A DNA stretch of 64,000 nt. Source: Deltaproteobacteria bacterium. GTDB lineage: Bacteria > Myxococcota_A > Polyangia > Polyangiales > Houyiibacteriaceae. The stretch's first letter is position 1. The number at the start of each line of letters is the position of its first letter. Below, piece after piece: positions 9,501 through 19,583 of this stretch. The translations under genes were made by a program, and so were the position numbers. The notes beneath the pieces were generated by a model that saw only the letters and a list, made by a program, of their open reading frames with translations, was not told where the DNA came from and searched no databases. The stretch lies in assembly GCA_034670305.1 (NCBI GenBank), contig JAXMNT010000007.1, forward strand, positions 157,236 to 221,235. Reading direction: 5' to 3'.

Positions 9501-10505
9501 TCATGTACCGTAGTAGTCTCGGTACCATTCCACGAACGCGCTGATTCCGTCGCGAAGTGGGGTCGCAGGTTTGAAGCCGACGTACTCCTCGAGCGCTTGA
9601 ACATCCGCGTAGGTTCGGGAGACGTCCCCGGGTTGCATCGGAAGCATCTCCTTTTTTGCCTCGATGCCGAGGCACTCCTCAAGAAGGGAGATCATCTCCA
9701 TCAGCGGAACCGGCGCGTTGTTGCCAATGTTGAACACCCGGTACGGCGCGTTGCTGGTCGACGGATTGGGCTCGAGTGCGTCCCAGGTCGGGTCGGGCTC
9801 GGGCACGACGCGCGTCAATCGCGCCACCCCTTCCACGATGTCGTCCACGTACGTGAAGTCGCGGCTCATGTCTCCGTGATTGAAGATCTTGATCGCCTCG
9901 CCAGCGAGGATGGCCTTCGTGAAGAGGAACAGCGCCATGTCGGGCCGACCCCATGGACCGTAAACCGTGAAGAAGCGCAGTCCGGTGGTCGGCAACCGGT
10001 ACAGATGACTGTAAGTATGGGCCATGAGCTCGTTCGCCTTCTTCGTCGCGGCATACAAGCTCAGCGGGTGGTCCACGTTGGACCGAACGGAGAACGGCAT
10101 CGCTGCGTTCGCCCCATACACGCTGCTTGAGGAGGCATACAGAAGGTGCCCCACGTTCGCGTGGCGGCAGGCTTCGAGCACGTTGACGAACCCATGCAGG
10201 TTGCTGTCTACGTACGCTTGGGGGTTGGTGAGCGAGTAACGAACTCCGGCCTGGGCGGCGAGGTTCACCACCGCGTCGGGCCCGACGGCGTGGACGAGTT
10301 CGACGAAGTCCTTCGAGCCGATGTCCAATCGAGCGGTCGTGTAGCCGTCGCGCGCGGAGAGCCGCTTTAGGCGTGCCTCTTTGAGGGTCGGGTCGTAGTA
10401 GTCGTTGACGATGTCCACGCCCCAGACCTCGTCTCCGCGTGCGAGCAGCGCCTCACAGAGATGGTAGCCAATGAACCCCGCTGCCCCCGTGACGACGATC
10501 CGCAT
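9501..10505 (-). CDS. NAD-dependent epimerase, UDP-glucuronate 4-epimerase-like
   Basis: VTGAAGFIG, NLAAQAGVRYS, ASSSSVYG, YAATK, LRFFTVYGPWGRPDMA and RDFTYVDD. ATG overlaps the upstream TGA. Confidence 0.93.
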   Translation of the reverse strand: MRIVVTGAAGFIGYHLCEALLARGDEVWGVDIVNDYYDPTLKEARLKRLSARDGYTTARLDIGSKDFVELVHAVGPDAVVNLAAQAGVRYSLTNPQAYVDSNLHGFVNVLEACRHANVGHLLYASSSSVYGANAAMPFSVRSNVDHPLSLYAATKKANELMAHTYSHLYRLPTTGLRFFTVYGPWGRPDMALFLFTKAILAGEAIKIFNHGDMSRDFTYVDDIVEGVARLTRVVPEPDPTWDALEPNPSTSNAPYRVFNIGNNAPVPLMEMISLLEECLGIEAKKEMLPMQPGDVSRTYADVQALEEYVGFKPATPLRDGISAFVEWYRDYYGT

Positions 10506-11785
10506 CAAAGACTCCAGTAGGTGAGGTCCGGACGGACAGCGGCGGGATCGACCGCGGACTTCACGTCCACCAGAACCCCACCGGACTTGATGCGTTCCAT
10601 GACCCCAGCCAGGTCGTCCAGGTAGGGCTGATGGGCGACCGCGAGGATCACTGCATCCAGACCTTGGAGCGTCGACTCATCCACGAGTTCGACTCCGTAC
10701 TCGTGCTGAGCCTCGGCCGCATCGGCCATGGGGTCGACGACGATGGCCTCGATCCCAAACTCTCGGAGCTCGACAAGAATGTCGGGAACGCGACTGTTCC
10801 GCAGGTCAGGAACGTTTTCTTTAAACGTCAATCCAAAGACGCCGACGCGGGCACCCTTCACCGGCAGCTCCTTGGCGATCAGAAGCTTGACCAGCTTCTG
10901 CGCAACGAACGCGCCCATGCCATCGTTGATCCTGCGTCCCGACAGGATCACCTGCGGGTAATAGCCGGAAGCCTCGGCCTTGGCCGTGAGGTAGTACGGA
11001 TCGACTCCGATGCAGTGCCCCCCGACCAGACCGGGTCGAAACGGAAGGAAGTTCCACTTGGTGCCAGCGGCCTCCAACACATCCAACGTGCGGATCCCCA
11101 AACGATCGAAGATGAGCGCGAGCTCGTTCATCAGGGCGATGTTGAGGTCACGCTGCGTGTTCTCGATGACCTTGGCCGCCTCCGCGACCTGAATCGATGG
11201 CGCACGATGAACTCCTGCGGTCACGATGCGCTCGTAGACCGCGGCGACCCGGTCGAGGACCTCCGTCGTCGCGCCGGCGACGACCTTGGTGATCGTCTCC
11301 AATCGATGCACACGGTCGCCCGGGTTGATGCGTTCGGGGGAGTAGCCCAGGAAAAAGTCGACTCCACACCTCAGACCAGACGCGGCCTCCAACGCGGGTC
11401 CACAGACCTCTTCGGTCAAACCTGGATAGACGGTGGACTCGTAGACCACGACGGTACCCTTCTTCAGGACCGAGCCGACGGTCTTGCTGGCGCTGAGTAG
11501 GGGGCGCAGGTCGGGTTGCCGGTTGGCATCGATGGGTGTGGGCACGGTGACGATGAGAAACGTGCACGCCGCCAGGGCGGTGGGGTCGGTGGTGAACTCG
11601 AGCGTGGTGGACGCAAGTTCATCGGAGGAAACCTCTCCGGTGCGGTCGCTGGCGTCCTTCAGGCCGGCCACGCGCTTCTCGTCGATGTCGAACCCGACGG
11701 TGTGCGGAAAGTGGCGGGCCGCCGCGACCGCAACCGGCAGCCCGACATACCCCAAGCCTACGACTCCAATGGTTTCATTGCTCAT
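10505..11785 (-). CDS. UDP-N-acetylhexosamine 6-dehydrogenase (WbpO/TviB-like)
   Basis: GLGYVGLP, YESTVYPG, YSPERINPGD, AKVIENTQRD, GGHCIGVDPYYL and FKENVPDLRNS. AGGA upstream of ATG 11785. Confidence 0.93.
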   Translation of the reverse strand: MSNETIGVVGLGYVGLPVAVAAARHFPHTVGFDIDEKRVAGLKDASDRTGEVSSDELASTTLEFTTDPTALAACTFLIVTVPTPIDANRQPDLRPLLSASKTVGSVLKKGTVVVYESTVYPGLTEEVCGPALEAASGLRCGVDFFLGYSPERINPGDRVHRLETITKVVAGATTEVLDRVAAVYERIVTAGVHRAPSIQVAEAAKVIENTQRDLNIALMNELALIFDRLGIRTLDVLEAAGTKWNFLPFRPGLVGGHCIGVDPYYLTAKAEASGYYPQVILSGRRINDGMGAFVAQKLVKLLIAKELPVKGARVGVFGLTFKENVPDLRNSRVPDILVELREFGIEAIVVDPMADAAEAQHEYGVELVDESTLQGLDAVILAVAHQPYLDDLAGVMERIKSGGVLVDVKSAVDPAAVRPDLTYWSL

Positions 11786-11909
11786 CGCTTTTCCTGCTGC
11801 CATGACGGTGCTCGACGCGCAAGGGTTGCATGGCGGCCGGAAAACGTTCAATCCAACCTTGATTGGCTGAATGCGCCGAACGACCCCGGCACCAGAGGCA
11901 GAGACCGAC

Positions 11910-12689
11910 ATGGCACGAAGAATTTCATTAACCGAGCGTCGGGTACGCCAACGATTGGTCCGCGGCGTCGGGGGACCAGCTTTCCTGGGAGGGGTGGGCC
12001 GACTCGTTTTTGCGCGCGAAACCCGTATGCGCAGGTCGCTTCCGATCCAACGTCACTGCCGGGGGGCCGGAATCGAAATCGGCGCTGCCGCCTCACCCGC
12101 CATCGTCCCTTTTGGCGTCAAGGTTCGATACGTCGACAAGTACCCGATTGAGACCATCCAGGCCGACCCAGAGCTGAAGGGCCTCGAGGCGGTGACACCG
12201 GACTACGTCTGCGGGGCCGAACGGCTCGAGACCATCGAAGACGCAAGCCAGGATTTCGTACTCGCGTTCTCATTGCTGGAACATGTCCAGGACCCGATCG
12301 GCTCGCTGAAGTCGTTCATCCGCGTCACGCGGTCTGGCGGCACGCTGATCATCACCGTCCCAGACAAGCGTCACTACGGTCCCGACAAGCGTCGGTCCCT
12401 CACGACATTCGAACACCTCCGCCGTGACCACGAAGAGGGACCCGAATGGTCGCGCGAAGCACACTTTCGCGAGTCTGCAGTTCTGGCCAAGGGACTCGTG
12501 GGCGATGCCGTCGAGGAGCACGTGGCACGCCTGATGCGGGACGACGGGCACACGCACTTTCATGTGTGGGACGCCGAGAGCTTCTTGGCGTTCGTGCTGG
12601 AGGCTCGCTCCCAGTATGGCCTGTCGGTCGAGCTCCTCGAGTTCGCCCAGTACGGGCATGAGGCACTGTGCGTGCTGCGCACCCTGTAG
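11910..12689 (+). CDS. Class I SAM-dependent methyltransferase-like protein
   Basis: GIEIGA, YVD and SQDFVLAFSLLEHVQDP...GGTLIITVPDKR. Confidence 0.8.
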   Translation: MARRISLTERRVRQRLVRGVGGPAFLGGVGRLVFARETRMRRSLPIQRHCRGAGIEIGAAASPAIVPFGVKVRYVDKYPIETIQADPELKGLEAVTPDYVCGAERLETIEDASQDFVLAFSLLEHVQDPIGSLKSFIRVTRSGGTLIITVPDKRHYGPDKRRSLTTFEHLRRDHEEGPEWSREAHFRESAVLAKGLVGDAVEEHVARLMRDDGHTHFHVWDAESFLAFVLEARSQYGLSVELLEFAQYGHEALCVLRTL

Positions 12690-12696
12690 GCGTCCG

Positions 12697-14166
12697 TTGA
12701 AGAAGCTGGGCGGCCGGTTCTTCTCCGGGCTCCTGTGGATGGGTGCTGCCAATGCGGGGCGGCGGCTCTCCGCCATCGTGATCAACATCGTTCTCGCCAG
12801 GCTCCTCGTCCCGGAGGATTTTGGATTGGTCGCGATGGCGACGGTGTTCACCGGCCTCGTCCAGCTCATCAATGATTTTGGAGTTGGTTCGGCCCTCGTG
12901 CAGGCGAAGGAGGTGCGAGAGATCCATCGGTCGTCGGTCTTCTGGGTCAACATCCTCGTTGCCTTGGTCCTCGCTGCCGTCGTGGCTTCGTCTTCGCCAT
13001 TGCTTGCGCGGTTCTTCAGCGAGCCCGAACTGGTGCCCATTCTCGTGGTGACTTCCGTTCAGTTTCCACTCAACTCACTCGGGCAGGTGCACCGCGTGAT
13101 GCTCAAGCGGGACCTCGCGTTCAAGCGAATCGCGAGCGTGCAGATCGGCACGTCGTTCGTCAGCGGCGTCGCGGCGATCGTGCTTGCGATCAACGGCGCG
13201 GGGGTCTGGGCAATCGTGGCGCGTTCGGTTTTGGACGACGGTTTGGCAACGGTGGCGTATTGGTTTGCCAATCCCTGGCGACCGAAGTGGATGTTCCACT
13301 ACCCGGCCATTCGGCCGCTCGTTCGATACGGGCTGTACCTCATGGGAACGAACATTCTCGCCTACGGATCCCGCTCCACAGACAACCTTCTCATCGGGAA
13401 GTTCGTCGGAAGCTCAGCGCTGGGCATCTACAGCCGAGCATACGCGCTGATGCTGATGCCGATGCTGACCGTCACGCGGGTGGTCGGCCACGTGTTGTTC
13501 CCGGTGCTCTCGACCATTCAAACGGACCTGATCCGGGTGCGTGGCATCGTTCTTCGCGCGACCGGTGGGATCGCACTCCTGACCTTCCCAGCGGTCGCAG
13601 GGGTGCTCGTCTCGGCGGAACCCATGGTCTGGACGGTTCTGGGGGAGCGATGGATGGAACTCGTGCCCGTTCTCCAGGTCCTGTGCCCCGTGGCCATCTG
13701 GCAGTCCTTCAACTCCATCCTCGTCACCGTGTACAACGCATTGGGCAAGACTCGTTTGCAGTTTCAGGTGGATCTGGTCGGCCACGCCGTCACGGTGTCC
13801 GCCATCGCAGCGGGCTTGGCGCTGGGGGGCGTGCTCGGCGTTGCGTACGGGTATCTCGCGGCGAGCTTCGTGCACTTTTGTCTCCACGCGTTGGTGACCA
13901 GTCGCATGATTCAACTCCCACTCTGGAGTCTGCTGGTGAGGCTCCTTCCCACCATCCTGATCTCGGTCGCCATGAGCGCAGCGAGCTGGTTAGCCGGGAA
14001 CCTGGCCATGGAAACGGGATGGGGGCGACCCGTACAGTTTGTCTGCATGGCCGTCGTGGGCGTACTGTCCTACGTTCTTCTGCTGGGGACCATCCGACCG
14101 CGGGCCTACACGGACCTGCGCACCGCCATCGCCAAGCGAAAGAACAAGGAGGCCCCCGCCCCATGA
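12697..14166 (+). CDS. wzx: Wzx-type polysaccharide repeat-unit flippase
   Basis: LARLLVPEDFGLVA, DFGVGSALVQ, DNLLIGKFVGSSALGIYSRAY and about 12 hydrophobic segments. The TTG 12697 start is approximate. Confidence 0.9.
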   Translation: MKKLGGRFFSGLLWMGAANAGRRLSAIVINIVLARLLVPEDFGLVAMATVFTGLVQLINDFGVGSALVQAKEVREIHRSSVFWVNILVALVLAAVVASSSPLLARFFSEPELVPILVVTSVQFPLNSLGQVHRVMLKRDLAFKRIASVQIGTSFVSGVAAIVLAINGAGVWAIVARSVLDDGLATVAYWFANPWRPKWMFHYPAIRPLVRYGLYLMGTNILAYGSRSTDNLLIGKFVGSSALGIYSRAYALMLMPMLTVTRVVGHVLFPVLSTIQTDLIRVRGIVLRATGGIALLTFPAVAGVLVSAEPMVWTVLGERWMELVPVLQVLCPVAIWQSFNSILVTVYNALGKTRLQFQVDLVGHAVTVSAIAAGLALGGVLGVAYGYLAASFVHFCLHALVTSRMIQLPLWSLLVRLLPTILISVAMSAASWLAGNLAMETGWGRPVQFVCMAVVGVLSYVLLLGTIRPRAYTDLRTAIAKRKNKEAPAP

Positions 14167-14168
14167 TC

Positions 14169-14945
14169 TCAGAGCGGATCGTAGCCGAAGCGGTCCAAGT
14201 CCTCGCGGTAGAACTCGTTCGCCAACATGCGTAGCTCCGGGTCGAACAACGACTGGTATGGCCCCCGCAATGCGCGGGTCGACACGTTCATGGACGGGAG
14301 TACACCAAGTTCGAACCGACCGGCCACCTTTGCCCAGTCGGCCTCGAGAGATTCGTAGCGCCCCACGAAGTCGGCGCACAATTTGCCGTTGTGGACCATG
14401 TACCGCGATTGCAGCCCGTAGTGATGGTCGGGCACCGCTTGCGCCAGCGCCCAACGAGCGAACTCACCGAAGCTCCAAGTCGTGGGCACACCCACGAAGT
14501 AGCTTGAGTAGTCACGTTGACGATGCTGATTGGCGACTTTGTTGTAGTAGCAACTCACCAGGCGTTCGAATGGGTTTCGAACGAACGCGAATCGAAAAAA
14601 TCTGGACTGAGCTACTTGAGGAAGCGTCAGAAGTTGCCAACCAAAGTGCTTCGAGTGCACCTGAAACTGCGGCGGATCCCGCCGCTGAACGCGCCGCTTG
14701 AGGAAGGCCACCTGGTTTGCAACCGTGCGTGGAACGACGGGGTAACCGAACCCAGCGACCCGCCTCGGAAAGCCGAGGGCGTCTGCGATGGCCACCTTGA
14801 TGGCCGTGTTCGCGACCTTGCTGACCGGAATGTAGATGAACTCACGCTCCAAGGATGCAATGTACATTCGCTCACCGTACAAGCGCCGACGGTACATCCA
14901 CTTGTTCTGCGTGGCCCACCACCACTCGTTGGAAACCTTTTTCAT
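14169..14945 (-). CDS. Sulfotransferase (Sulfotransfer_2-like, carbohydrate sulfotransferase type)
   Basis: YIPVSKVANT (5'-PSB-like), FAFVRNPFERLVSCY (3'-PB-like), DFVGRYESLEAD and YREDLDRFGY. Confidence 0.85.
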   Translation of the reverse strand: MKKVSNEWWWATQNKWMYRRRLYGERMYIASLEREFIYIPVSKVANTAIKVAIADALGFPRRVAGFGYPVVPRTVANQVAFLKRRVQRRDPPQFQVHSKHFGWQLLTLPQVAQSRFFRFAFVRNPFERLVSCYYNKVANQHRQRDYSSYFVGVPTTWSFGEFARWALAQAVPDHHYGLQSRYMVHNGKLCADFVGRYESLEADWAKVAGRFELGVLPSMNVSTRALRGPYQSLFDPELRMLANEFYREDLDRFGYDPL

Positions 14946-15892
14946 CGAAAACTTGCCCAGTCGCGTTCCAAATCGAGCCCTGTCAATCGACCGAGACCCG
15001 CGTTCTCCCGCTGGTAGTACGCCACCAACATCTCTCGCGTGGCGCGGGGCATCGAGGGCTTGGAACGCCCCCGGACCTTTCCGGCCAGCTGATTGGCTCG
15101 CTTGAAACCTCGCACGAGATGCGAAACCACGAGTTCGGAGGGGTGCCGGGGTGCGGGAGGCGCCAAGTGTTCGATCGTACGGGAAGTCGCGCCCAACCGT
15201 ACGGCCAGTCGGTTCGCCGCAAGCTGCGCCGTCAAAGAGAGGGGGACGTCGCCCGCATTCTTGGGCTTCTGACCGGGCGGCGCGGAGAACTTCAGTCCGA
15301 TGTGTGCGCAGACCCGCTCAAGATGGGCTCGGCGGTCGCGCACGTACCCTTCGAAGGTCAGCGGAAGAATCTTCTCGGGACCGAAGGCCTCGTACCAGGG
15401 CGCGAGTGCCTCAAGGTAGCGACCGAAACGGAGGGTGTTGCTGGTCTCTCGAAGCAGGTGCTCAGGGAACGGGAGGGTGGCCCGGCCGATCCGAACGTGG
15501 TGCCAGTAGGCGGACCAGGCACGGTCCACCGGATCCCGCAGGATGACCACAATCTTTGCCGTCGGAAGGCACTCTCGAATCCTGGTGAGGGCCCGGGCCG
15601 AGTACAAGTAGACGGGGGTGCCTTCACCGGCGATTTCCGTCTCGGATGCGCCTGAGAAAGCCTCGCTGTAGCGACGAAGCAGAAGATCGCGCTCGGTATC
15701 CCAATCGAACCCGATCCAGTCCTCGACGGCTTCGAACAGTGGGTAAGGATGTACGTCCGCGTCATCGCAACAAAAGAAGTTGAGCTCCTTCGGAGAAGCG
15801 AAGAAGCACCCGGGTTGCTGCGCGAGGTTCCAGCAGAGATCGGTCGTCGCGCTCTTCTGCGCGCCGATCACCAAGAAGTCGGGCATTCTCAT
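14942..15892 (-). CDS. Sulfotransferase (Sulfotransfer_1-like)
   Basis: PDFLVIGAQKSATT, KELNFF, GEGTPVYL and KIVVILRDPVDRAWSAYWH. Confidence 0.88.
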   Translation of the reverse strand: MRMPDFLVIGAQKSATTDLCWNLAQQPGCFFASPKELNFFCCDDADVHPYPLFEAVEDWIGFDWDTERDLLLRRYSEAFSGASETEIAGEGTPVYLYSARALTRIRECLPTAKIVVILRDPVDRAWSAYWHHVRIGRATLPFPEHLLRETSNTLRFGRYLEALAPWYEAFGPEKILPLTFEGYVRDRRAHLERVCAHIGLKFSAPPGQKPKNAGDVPLSLTAQLAANRLAVRLGATSRTIEHLAPPAPRHPSELVVSHLVRGFKRANQLAGKVRGRSKPSMPRATREMLVAYYQRENAGLGRLTGLDLERDWASFR

Positions 15893-17175
15893 GAGGCGAC
15901 CACACCGATTTGTCTGCTCGACTTACTTGAAACGGGCTCCGCGCCGATGGACAGCGTACCGACGAGCAAAACGAAGAACGGGACAAGAGGGCTTCGGTAC
16001 CTGGAGAGTGTTCCCAAGTTGGTGCTGGCCAGCCCCACGGCAATGCCAAACACCACAACGAAGACCGCGCATGAGAGGAGGAGCGGGGAGTCCAGGACTC
16101 TTCGAACAACAGACCTCGACCGTATGGCGAGGAATCCCAGGTACAACAAGACAAGGTTCTCCAGAGCACTCATCAGCATCATGGGGTTGCGGACCTCGAA
16201 GATGACGGGTCGAAATAGGCAGGTCAGCAAGGCCACCGGCGCCAGTGCGAGCTGAGCCACCAGGCCTTTCCCCGCAGCAGATCCCAGCGCGTAGTTCGAC
16301 CCAGCGTCAAGTCGAGCTCCGATGGACTGGAGACGCTCGAGGTCGTCCCCAATCGCGTCCAGAGAGTACTGGGGCACGAGTTGCCCGAACGCCAGCAACA
16401 AGCCGATGGATGCCACACCCGCCCCAAGCGCGTGTCGCACCCGCACTTGCTCCCCTTGCGCTGTGAATCGCAAGGCCGCGACCGACGCGAGCGCGAGGAA
16501 GCCAACCGACGCGATGTACGGCTTTGACACCCAGACCAAGGAGACGCCGATTGCGCACCAAACGATGCCCAAGGCGGCCCGCCGACGCACCATCAAGAGC
16601 CCGCCAATCGCGGGGCCCAAGCCAACCACGGCGACGGCTTCTTTCATCAACCCGGAGGACCAGAACACGACCGACGGGACAAGAAGGAACGCAATCAACA
16701 CCACGGTCCTCGACCGCTCCGGACAGTATTTCTGTACGCTATCGAACAGCCAGAACTTCGAGTAGAAGCTCAGGACTGCGATCAAGCCGCATGAGCCGAG
16801 CAATGAACCGCCGCAGAAGTAGTGCAAGAATGCGCCGATTCCGAACATGGACCCGGTCGAGGCTCCCAGAAAGCTGGTCGAGGTGAATGCTCGGAGATCG
16901 GCGGACGGCACCGCAAAGACAAGCTTCATGACTTCGGGCGAGAACTGCCAGAAGTCGTACTCGAGCAGGGTCGCGATGCGGCCGCCATGCATGTGGTACA
17001 TCATCATGTCGCCCCCACCGTAGTAGCGGGTGACGATCAGGTACTGCGCACCGGCCGCGAGCAAGTGTACGAAGAACGATGCTGTGACGAGCGTCCGGTG
17101 TCGGGCCGACATCCCGCGAACGACGAGGGGCAACCCGACGGCCCCGATGAGCGCCACCACCAAGAACGACGTCAC
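15889..17175 (-). CDS. Multi-pass membrane protein, probable Wzy-like polymerase
   Basis: About 10 TM segments with GGGDMMMYH, PSVVFWSSGLMKEA and NLGTLSRYR. Located in a wzx/GT cluster. GTG 17175 start lies just after the upstream gene's stop. Confidence 0.6.
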   Translation of the reverse strand: MTSFLVVALIGAVGLPLVVRGMSARHRTLVTASFFVHLLAAGAQYLIVTRYYGGGDMMMYHMHGGRIATLLEYDFWQFSPEVMKLVFAVPSADLRAFTSTSFLGASTGSMFGIGAFLHYFCGGSLLGSCGLIAVLSFYSKFWLFDSVQKYCPERSRTVVLIAFLLVPSVVFWSSGLMKEAVAVVGLGPAIGGLLMVRRRAALGIVWCAIGVSLVWVSKPYIASVGFLALASVAALRFTAQGEQVRVRHALGAGVASIGLLLAFGQLVPQYSLDAIGDDLERLQSIGARLDAGSNYALGSAAGKGLVAQLALAPVALLTCLFRPVIFEVRNPMMLMSALENLVLLYLGFLAIRSRSVVRRVLDSPLLLSCAVFVVVFGIAVGLASTNLGTLSRYRSPLVPFFVLLVGTLSIGAEPVSSKSSRQIGVVAS

Positions 17176-17177
17176 GC

Positions 17178-18296
17178 TTAGGCCGCCTTCACGTGGAGCT
17201 CGCGGTACAGGCGGGCCAGGTTGTTCACGTACGACTCGGGGGAGAACTCCTGGTAGGCGCGGTCTTGGAGGCGGTGTGCGATGACGGGACGCTCTGATGC
17301 GGTGAGTCGTGAGAACCGACGAAGCAGCTCCGCCCACGCCTCGATGTCTGTCGCGGGCGCGGTCCAGCCGGACGCGAGCGGCCCCATGATCTCCTGGATG
17401 CCGGCGGCGGTGGAGCCAAGCACCACGTTGGCAGAGGCCATGGCTTCGATGAGTGAGATGCTGCAACCCTCCGAGTGGGACGCGAGCACAAACCCGCCGC
17501 ACTCACGGAGCAAGACATCGACATCGGGGCGAAACCCCACGAACTCCACCGACGCTTGGAGCTCGAGTTCGTCGCGAAGCGCCACGAGCTCGGCTCGCAG
17601 CGGGCCCTCGCCGACGATGGTCAGCGAGAGTTCGGGCACTGTCTCGCGCACCAGGGCCATCGCCCGAATCACCGTGGCGTGGTTTTTGACCTCATGGAGT
17701 CTGCCCACCATCACGAGCCGCTGCCAGGCCTTGGGCGGCCGCTCGGCGTTGGGCCGCTTGAGGGGGAAGAACCTCGGTCTCGCAGCGTTGTAGATCCGCC
17801 GAACACGTGCCGGTGGTGCTTTGTCGACGGTGCGCACGTACTCGCAGATGTTCTCGCTGACACCGACAACGGCGCTCGCGGTCGCGTACAACCCCCGAAA
17901 CACAAGGCGTGCTCGGGGACCGTGGACGGGCATTCCAACTTCTTCTGCGATGCGGACGGGCACGCGGCTGAGCCAGCCTGCGGCCAGGCCATGAATGTTC
18001 GCCTCCGCGATGCTGCAGTGGAGCACGTCCGGACGGTGCCGTCTGAGATATGCCGCCAGCGCGAGGGTCGTCTGGGGACGCGGACGAGGCGAAACGTGGA
18101 GCACGTCGACGGGAACTCCGAGTGCCTCCAGCTGTTGCGCCGTGTCCCCGTGTTTCGAGAATCCGCAGACCCGGAGGTCGATCTCCGAACGGTCGTGCAT
18201 CTTGGCGTAGAGAATCAGTCGCGATTCAACTCCACCGAAGTCCAACTCGGGGACGAGCCGCACCAAGCGAAGGCGTCGTTTGGGCATGGATTGCAT
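17178..18296 (-). CDS. Glycosyltransferase family 4
   Basis: LDFGGVE, VGRLHEVKNH, IVGEGPLR and SHSEGCSISLIEAMA (EX7E). The longer supplied ORF is an extension antisense to the next gene. Confidence 0.9.
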   Translation of the reverse strand: MQSMPKRRLRLVRLVPELDFGGVESRLILYAKMHDRSEIDLRVCGFSKHGDTAQQLEALGVPVDVLHVSPRPRPQTTLALAAYLRRHRPDVLHCSIAEANIHGLAAGWLSRVPVRIAEEVGMPVHGPRARLVFRGLYATASAVVGVSENICEYVRTVDKAPPARVRRIYNAARPRFFPLKRPNAERPPKAWQRLVMVGRLHEVKNHATVIRAMALVRETVPELSLTIVGEGPLRAELVALRDELELQASVEFVGFRPDVDVLLRECGGFVLASHSEGCSISLIEAMASANVVLGSTAAGIQEIMGPLASGWTAPATDIEAWAELLRRFSRLTASERPVIAHRLQDRAYQEFSPESYVNNLARLYRELHVKAA

Positions 18297-18404
18297 TCGT
18301 TTCCTGCGACCCCGTCGGGGTTCACTGGGCTTGAACGATTCCTCGAGCTGGGGCAAGTTGCGCCCTCGCTCGAACGGGGTGGATCCGTCGGGCAACCACT
18401 CGTC

Positions 18405-19583
18405 ATGTCGCTGTTGTTCGTCACGTGGGATGGCCAGGCCACCAACTACCTTGAGGGGCTGTTCTTTCCGGTCCTTGGCCGGCTCAGTCGACCCGCGCAC
18501 GTTCTGCAGTTCACGACCGCAGACGAACGCTCGATCGAGCGCATTGGCCGCGCCGCCGAGAGCTTTGGCGTCGGCTACCGTCCCGTGCCGGTGCGTGGAG
18601 GGCGGGCCGCCGCGCGCGCGGGTCGGGCGCTCCTTGAGTCGCGCACGTCCTTGAGGCGCGCCGTGCGGGAAGTCGATGCCAGCGTCGTCATGCCGCGATC
18701 CATGATTCCTGCGGGGATGGTGCTTGCGCACCTCCCCCGGCACATCCCGGTCGCGTTCGAAGCCGACGGGCTGATGCAGGACGAACGCGTCGACTTCGGC
18801 GTGTGGCGTGCGAACAGTGCGCGCTACTGGGCCGCACGTTCGGTGGAAGTGCGGACGCTCTGGCGTGCGCGCGTGGTCCTGACGCGGACCGAGCGCGCCA
18901 AGAGCATCTTGTGCGCACGGGCCGGTGCGGGGTTTCCGAGGGAACGGGTGTTCGTGGTCCCGAACGGCAAGGACGAGGACCAGTTCTGTCCGCTCGGCGC
19001 AGGCGAGCGGGAAGCCACGCGAGAAGAGCTGGGCATCGCCCCGACCGCTTTTGCGCTCGTCTACGTTGGAAGCATCGGGCCCCAGTACCTTCCAGAGGCC
19101 ATGTTCCGACTGTTCGCCCGCCTCAAGAGAGCGCGTACGGATGCGAAGTTCTTGGTGCTGACGCATGCCGTCGAAGAAGCCCGCGCGTTGGCGGAGAAAG
19201 CGGGCATCGAGCCCGCGGACCTCGTGCTGCGTCCCGCAGGTGCGTCCGAGGTACCGCGGTTCCTTGGTGCGGCGGACGCGGGCGTCGCATTGCGAAAGAA
19301 CAGCTTCAGCCAGGCCGCGGTCTGTCCAATCAAGGTCGCAGAGTACCTCCTGTGTGGACTCCCCGTCGTTGCCACGCGGGGGGTCGGCGACCTGGACCGG
19401 CAACTCGACGACCGCAGCGCCGCGTTCTTGCTCGAAGATCTCGGGGACGCTTCACTCGATTCAGCGGTGGATTGGTTGAGCGTGGCCTGCGGTGCCGCGT
19501 CCCGGAAGCTCGGCGAGCGGATGTTCGGACTCCGCTCCGCCATTGCGGGGTACGAAAGGGCGCTCGCACATGCCGTCGAGTGA
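18405..19583 (+). CDS. Glycosyltransferase family 4-like
   Basis: VVPNGKD, LVYVGSIG and CPIKVAEYLLCGLPVVATRGVGD. Start approximate. Confidence 0.85.
   Translation: MSLLFVTWDGQATNYLEGLFFPVLGRLSRPAHVLQFTTADERSIERIGRAAESFGVGYRPVPVRGGRAAARAGRALLESRTSLRRAVREVDASVVMPRSMIPAGMVLAHLPRHIPVAFEADGLMQDERVDFGVWRANSARYWAARSVEVRTLWRARVVLTRTERAKSILCARAGAGFPRERVFVVPNGKDEDQFCPLGAGEREATREELGIAPTAFALVYVGSIGPQYLPEAMFRLFARLKRARTDAKFLVLTHAVEEARALAEKAGIEPADLVLRPAGASEVPRFLGAADAGVALRKNSFSQAAVCPIKVAEYLLCGLPVVATRGVGDLDRQLDDRSAAFLLEDLGDASLDSAVDWLSVACGAASRKLGERMFGLRSAIAGYERALAHAVE

Noticed and set aside
17178-19583. Two long mutually overlapping ORFs (741 aa minus, 702 aa plus)
   Set aside because: Each is a ~370-390 aa glycosyltransferase extended by the antisense frame of its divergent neighbour, a common high-GC artefact.
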